64,000 nt of DNA from Ascidiella aspersa. Taxonomy: Eukaryota. The stretch covers positions 23,870,001-23,934,000 of the forward strand of contig OZ004611.1 of assembly GCA_963924565.1 (NCBI GenBank), in the 5' to 3' direction. Every line of letters begins with the position of its first letter. Position 1 is the stretch's first letter. Below the pieces are notes generated by a model. The model did no database searches and had not been told where the DNA came from. It was given only the letters and a program-made list of their open reading frames with translations. Below, in pieces: positions 59,801 through 64,000 of this stretch. A program made the translations under genes and the position numbers.

Positions 59801-62030
59801 CGCACGAGGCACATAAAAGAGATTCGATTAACGCTGAAAATATCAGCATTTATAGCACAATTTAACAGAAATTGGACCAGAATTTATAAGTCACGCGAGG
59901 CAACATGCCATATGAAGCCTAGCGGATTTGGCCTGAATAGATTTCCTTGAAACTGACAAAGTTTCGTGCAAACTGCAAAGAATCAAAAAGTTGTGTTTAT
60001 ATGAATAAACTTGGCTCAAAGCATATTTGGTGGTTTTGGCCTGGTGGGCCTGTAATGCTTTTAGCTATACATCGAATTTTAAACACAATATAATTATTGT
60101 ACGGCTATCCCGCGGCCCACAACCACATGGCAAAAGTGAAATCAAAATATTATTTGCTGACAACCCATTAAAATATTGTTTGCGAAAAATATTTTTAAAT
60201 CTTTCTTTCTCGTTACCTTTGTGACGTTTAATACTTTCTAAGGTGACACTGGGTTTTTCAAAAGGCACAACCAGAGGCGCCTGCAGAAAATTTTTAGGGG
60301 GGGATTTTATATCAGTATAAATTGATATACAAATCAATATTATTCCATTAGTAAAACTGAAGTATTGTAAATATGAATAAAAATAATAATCGCATTTTGA
60401 AATTTCAGGGGAATAATTTACTCACCACGGGATGCCCTGTTCACCATGATAACAGTTTAGATATAATTGTAAACAAAAATCCTTTGTACAAAAATGCAAT
60501 TCTAAATGCAACAAAAAAATTGCAGTGTGTGCTTGTTTCTGCGGTGGCAACCACCAATTTAACTTACGACGTATATAAGGGCGGTCAGGAGGCTTCCAGC
60601 TCCGAGACTGCAGAATCCGCAGCAGGAGTAAAGGATCGGGTTCTTCCGCTTGCTCTTCTTCTTCTTCCAAGGTCGATCGTTACTCAGATCGCTCATGGAA
60701 GAAGCTCTTGAGCTGATCACGCTCGAGTCTCGGATCGTAGTCCTATAGTGAAAAAACAAATGGTGTCACTACAGCTTGAGGTTTTACTAAGCGTTGAAAA
60801 GCTATTGAGTCCCTAAAGCTATTAAAAAACAAAGTTCGCTGAATTGGCAAACTATATAGGATGTTCTGACACTTTTCTATTTCGATGCCGACAAACAATT
60901 TAAAAAAGATTCCGATTAGGTGCCAAAAGAGTTTATTACTATATAGGGTCAAATTGGCAACTTTGCGGAAACTGAAACTTTTAAATTTAAATGTGTTCTA
61001 AATCAATTCGGGTTTTGCTGGTAATAAATCTAAAATTAGCTACAGGAAACTTGTTTAATTTTAGTTAAATTTTTTTAACAATAACTTGTGATGTAAATAT
61101 GGCTGCGTTATATCGCAAAGCATTAATTAGATTGGTATGGGATAGGCACCTATTTTAAACTAGTATCGAAGGTGTACTGATACTATACATTGATGTCCGG
61201 TATTAGCTCGAATTTAAAACAATAAGAGATCCCTAATGTTAACTGCAGTTTTCTATTTCAAGGTCAAAATATGTAGTAGAATGTTTCTCACCAACCGATG
61301 TGGGTCGAGTTAGGGTTAGTTATGCGTTTCATACTAATCTACCACTACAATAATATCCTAAAGTATGCTTCCTTGAGCAAACGTTTAAATACTAATTTAT
61401 GGTCCCAGTTGGAAAGCACCCCATTTACACCCTTAAAATAAAGCTTTAATCGAAAACTACGTTCCTTCAAATTGTCAAGATATGCTGGTTTAAATGATCG
61501 CACTCATAGCTTATACAACTTTCAAAAGGGTGCATAATTTTACAGAAAATCCAGTTAAGTGAAATGACATTTCAGATACATGTGACTAATACACACAAGA
61601 TAGTGACGCTTCGCTTGAATTAAAGCTTTCAGTGTCAACTTGCAAAAATTACCACGAACCTTGAAATAGTCGATTCATCTCCGTCAGCATCCGCTTTGGT
61701 TCTTCGTTTAGGCGATCTTCCCCTCGATACTGAGGAAACGGAAGACTCTCTCGACACCGGACGTTTTTTGCCCTTTTTATCATTTTTCTTCTTTTGCTTC
61801 TTTTTGTTTTTCTTATCCTTTGCAGGCTTGCTTTTCGTAGCTGGTTGCTTGACCTTCTTGGCGGGTTTGGTCCTTTTTACTTTCTTTTTGTCTTTTGATT
61901 TTGATCTACCTCGTTCCACGGAAGACTGGCTGGAGTCGCGTTTTCTCTTTTTCTTTTCCTTCTCCTTTTTGGCTTTCTCCTTGCCACCTTTGCTCTTGTT
62001 TATCGTGAATTCTGCCGCTTTCAGCTTCAT
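47784..62030 (-). CDS. Uncharacterised four-transmembrane protein (LAPTM4/MTP-like core) with basic N-terminus and long disordered Pro/Tyr- and Arg/Ser-rich C-tail; 15 coding exons, about 1208 aa
   Basis: Exons 61660-62030, 60568-60742, 59212-59409, 56667-56921, 55985-56150, 55180-55252, 53999-54147, 53611-53663, 52409-52785, 51800-51909, 50729-51401, 49938-50147, 48618-49311, 48027-48110 and 47784-47822 all join GT-AG in frame (3627 nt). CCGFCSLGAGSLLTALIY precedes four hydrophobic segments. Confidence 0.8.
48027..48110 (-). CDS. Four-TM protein exon 14
   Basis: GTTAG acceptor, CAG|GTAAAA donor, 28 codons. Confidence 0.75.
48618..49311 (-). CDS. Four-TM protein exon 13, Arg/Ser/Asp/Glu-rich
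   Basis: 694-nt open exon, GCGCAG acceptor, GAG|GTTGGC donor. Confidence 0.85.
49938..50147 (-). CDS. Four-TM protein exon 12
   Basis: CGCCAG acceptor; donor at 49938, or 6 nt earlier at 49944 in the same phase. Confidence 0.8.
50729..51401 (-). CDS. Four-TM protein exon 11, Pro/Tyr-rich with PPxY motifs
   Basis: 673-nt GC-rich open exon, TTGCAG acceptor, AG|GTAAGT donor. Confidence 0.88.
51800..51909 (-). CDS. Four-TM protein exon 10
   Basis: GACAG acceptor, G|GTACGT donor, phase 2 to 1. Confidence 0.78.
52409..52785 (-). CDS. Four-TM protein exon 9, Q/P-rich
   Basis: CTCAG|TTG acceptor, AG|GTAAGC donor. Confidence 0.85.
53611..53663 (-). CDS. Four-TM protein exon 8
   Basis: TTGCAG acceptor, AAG|GTACCT donor, phase 1 to 0. 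Confidence 0.72.
53999..54147 (-). CDS. Four-TM protein exon 7
   Basis: SGVTSNGTAYMNWP...ASSFYDLPPGNVYD; G|GTGAGT donor. Confidence 0.8.
55180..55252 (-). CDS. Four-TM protein exon 6
   Basis: TTTTCAG acceptor, AG|GTTGGT donor; required to bridge phase 1 to phase 2. Confidence 0.75.
55985..56150 (-). CDS. Four-TM protein exon 5, end of TM4
   Basis: VYLMIVLVSYLRLLKYRNAP...; GTAAGT donor. Confidence 0.85.
56667..56921 (-). CDS. Four-TM protein exon 4, TM3, loop, start of TM4
   Basis: CAG|GAG acceptor in a NAGNAG context, TAT|GTTAGT donor. Confidence 0.85.
57317..57363. repeat. 2x 25-bp tandem duplication (TGTTTTAGACGCCACG.TGTGA)
   Basis: Read directly from the sequence. Confidence 0.8.
59212..59409 (-). 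CDS. Four-TM protein exon 3, end of TM1 + TM2
   Basis: GLCIGFLVYR...ILLIVGIAMAAISMVGALVLLVASCLWGQK; AAG|GTGGGT donor. Confidence 0.85.
60568..60742 (-). CDS. Four-TM protein exon 2, Cys cluster + start of TM1
   Basis: TATAG acceptor, GTC|GTAAGT donor. Confidence 0.85.
61660..62030 (-). CDS. Four-TM protein exon 1, Lys-rich
   Basis: ACAATG start, 123 open codons, AG|GTTCGT donor. Confidence 0.8.
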
Positions 62031-64000
62031 TGTTGTTGATATAGTTTGTTTTCAATCTTAACCAGGAGTAGCCTAAGTGTTTGCTGTCAACTTTAGGCGC
62101 ATGGGAACATCACTCGCTAGTTTTCGCTGTTCAAACATAAAAAACAATAGAAATATTTGGTTTTTAAGTTATATAAAAACAATCGCTTCTGAGGTCGATA
62201 ATACTAACATAATAATAGTCCGCCGGAAAAAATCAGTTTCGCCATAATCATTCAAACTTTTGGTACAACGACTTTAGGCAACAGTATATTTTATGTTAAT
62301 ATGTATTTTACAAATAGTTCCCTTTCGGCACTTTAAAAAGCTACACTGGTAACCTGGCGCTAGATAGACGGGGTCAATTTTACAATAACTTTATAAATCA
62401 GTTTATTGTTTAGGCTTAGAAAAGAAAAAGCCGATACAGGATATACAACAATTCTGAATATTTTGCTTTCTTCTAATATCTATTGGGGTTTAACAGTTTT
62501 CCAGACCTAAGTAAAACCTGGTAATCATAATAAATAAAACTCATTTCCGAACTGTTCTAGCTATATGGTCACCTCCAAGGTCAACTCCATGAACCTAAGT
62601 CATTTAAACTGCTTACTTTTTAGTTTTAACACCAGTTACAATCCCTGCAAGTTGTCGGTTTGTCATAAATCACTTCGCAACCGACCTAGTTTAGTGCCTC
62701 TTGTTATTTCCCGTGATTAGGTCGGCTTGTAGTCATTGTTACCGACGAGCGAGCGCGTCAAAGAAAAGTTGAAAGTCAACTTGGTGTCCAACGCCTCCGG
62801 GCAGAAATCGTGTTGTCCTTGCGAAAAGTTCCGACGCTGCCTTCGGGCCCTCGAAAGTCGCTCGGCGCTGGAAAAGTTTATGTTTTTCTGTCGATTTGCC
62901 GCTTCTGTTTTGTATCGTGTTTACGTAGTGGCGTTGTGTAATTGCCCGTAATGCCATGATTTTGTGCACTTGTCGTTTACGTTTTACCTACGTCACGTGG
63001 ATCGCGGTTATTAGCTATTGATTTTTGTTTAACTTTCCAGCAACTAAACCCCTGACCTTATCAGCGTAGAAAACACATTTCTATCATACACTTCTACCAA
63101 GTTGTCATGTTGATATCAAATCTTTTCGTTTTTAAGACACAAAATGCTTGCAATTTATTGATCAGTTAGACATCATTGAAAGTAAAAACAAATACCGTAG
63201 CTAAAAACTGCTACTATATAAATTTTACGCAAAATATTTAATGAAACACCAAAATGATATTTGAATCAAGTCGAATATTGAAAAACACTGACTAATGTGC
63301 AATTCAAGTGATTCACATACACAATTTATCCTAATTAGTTTGCCTATTTAATTGACACGCATTGGAAGCACCTTAACTTAACTAATGGCAGAGCATGTAA
63401 AGTTTTATGGGGCCAAGTATTGCATCTTTTTACTTTTGGTTTCTTTTCATTTTATTTTTAGTCAATTTGACGAACAGGACAAAATAAAACATTTGCGACC
63501 ATAGGAGCGATTTTTTGACAATACGTTAAGCACGATACATCGATTTAATTTTATAATAAAGAATCGCAACTTTGTTTCCATCGTAGGTTCCAAAATGATA
63601 TAGCCTAGGCTTTAGTGTTTTGTAACGATTTTTTAATGTTTAAATGTTTGTAATCGCCAAAAGCAAAGAACATGGAATAATATCTAATCTTTAAAACGCG
63701 TCATCTTGTGGCGAAGTAAACAGTAAAACATCACAATCTTTACAAAACTAAAATTAAGTTTACCAATAAAGGTAGATGTATAGGCCTATGCCTCTCACCA
63801 AATAACAGCTTCATGAGATTTTAGTGTGCAGCTAACACCTGTCCAATCTAAAACTTTAACAAGATAAACGAACTGTGTTATGTTGATAGGGTTACTTTTT
63901 ATGACACGTTGAGATATAATTTTGTGACGTCACGTTATGGCGTAACTTTGTGAGGTTTAGAATGAAATTGCCTTATGACGTCATCTCTCAAAAATTGTCA

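Overview
This is AT-rich, intron-rich eukaryotic (animal) genomic DNA. An invertebrate chordate such as a tunicate is my inference from gene content and style, not something the sequence proves. I reconstructed three spliced protein-coding genes by hand, all on the minus strand, with consistent splice phases. (1) A secreted DNase I-family nuclease (203-3298), whose 3' part runs off the left edge. (2) A 10-coding-exon Shaker/Kv1 voltage-gated K+ channel (7462-35273, about 610 aa). (3) A 15-coding-exon protein of about 1208 aa (47784-62030) with a LAPTM4-like four-TM core, a Lys/Arg-rich N-terminus and an ~850-aa disordered tail carrying PPxY, Tyr and RS-rich motifs. Introns hold several MITE families, small tandem repeats, degenerate minimal hammerhead-ribozyme motifs and CpG-rich enhancer-like islands. 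The most notable observations are an in-frame 81-nt AG...GC cassette exon that duplicates the DNase I DNA-contact loop, the unusual four-TM protein, and atypical Kv1 features (very short C-terminus, five-sequon S1-S2 loop, putative inactivation ball and LC8 motif). All homology calls come from recalled family motifs; no database search was run.
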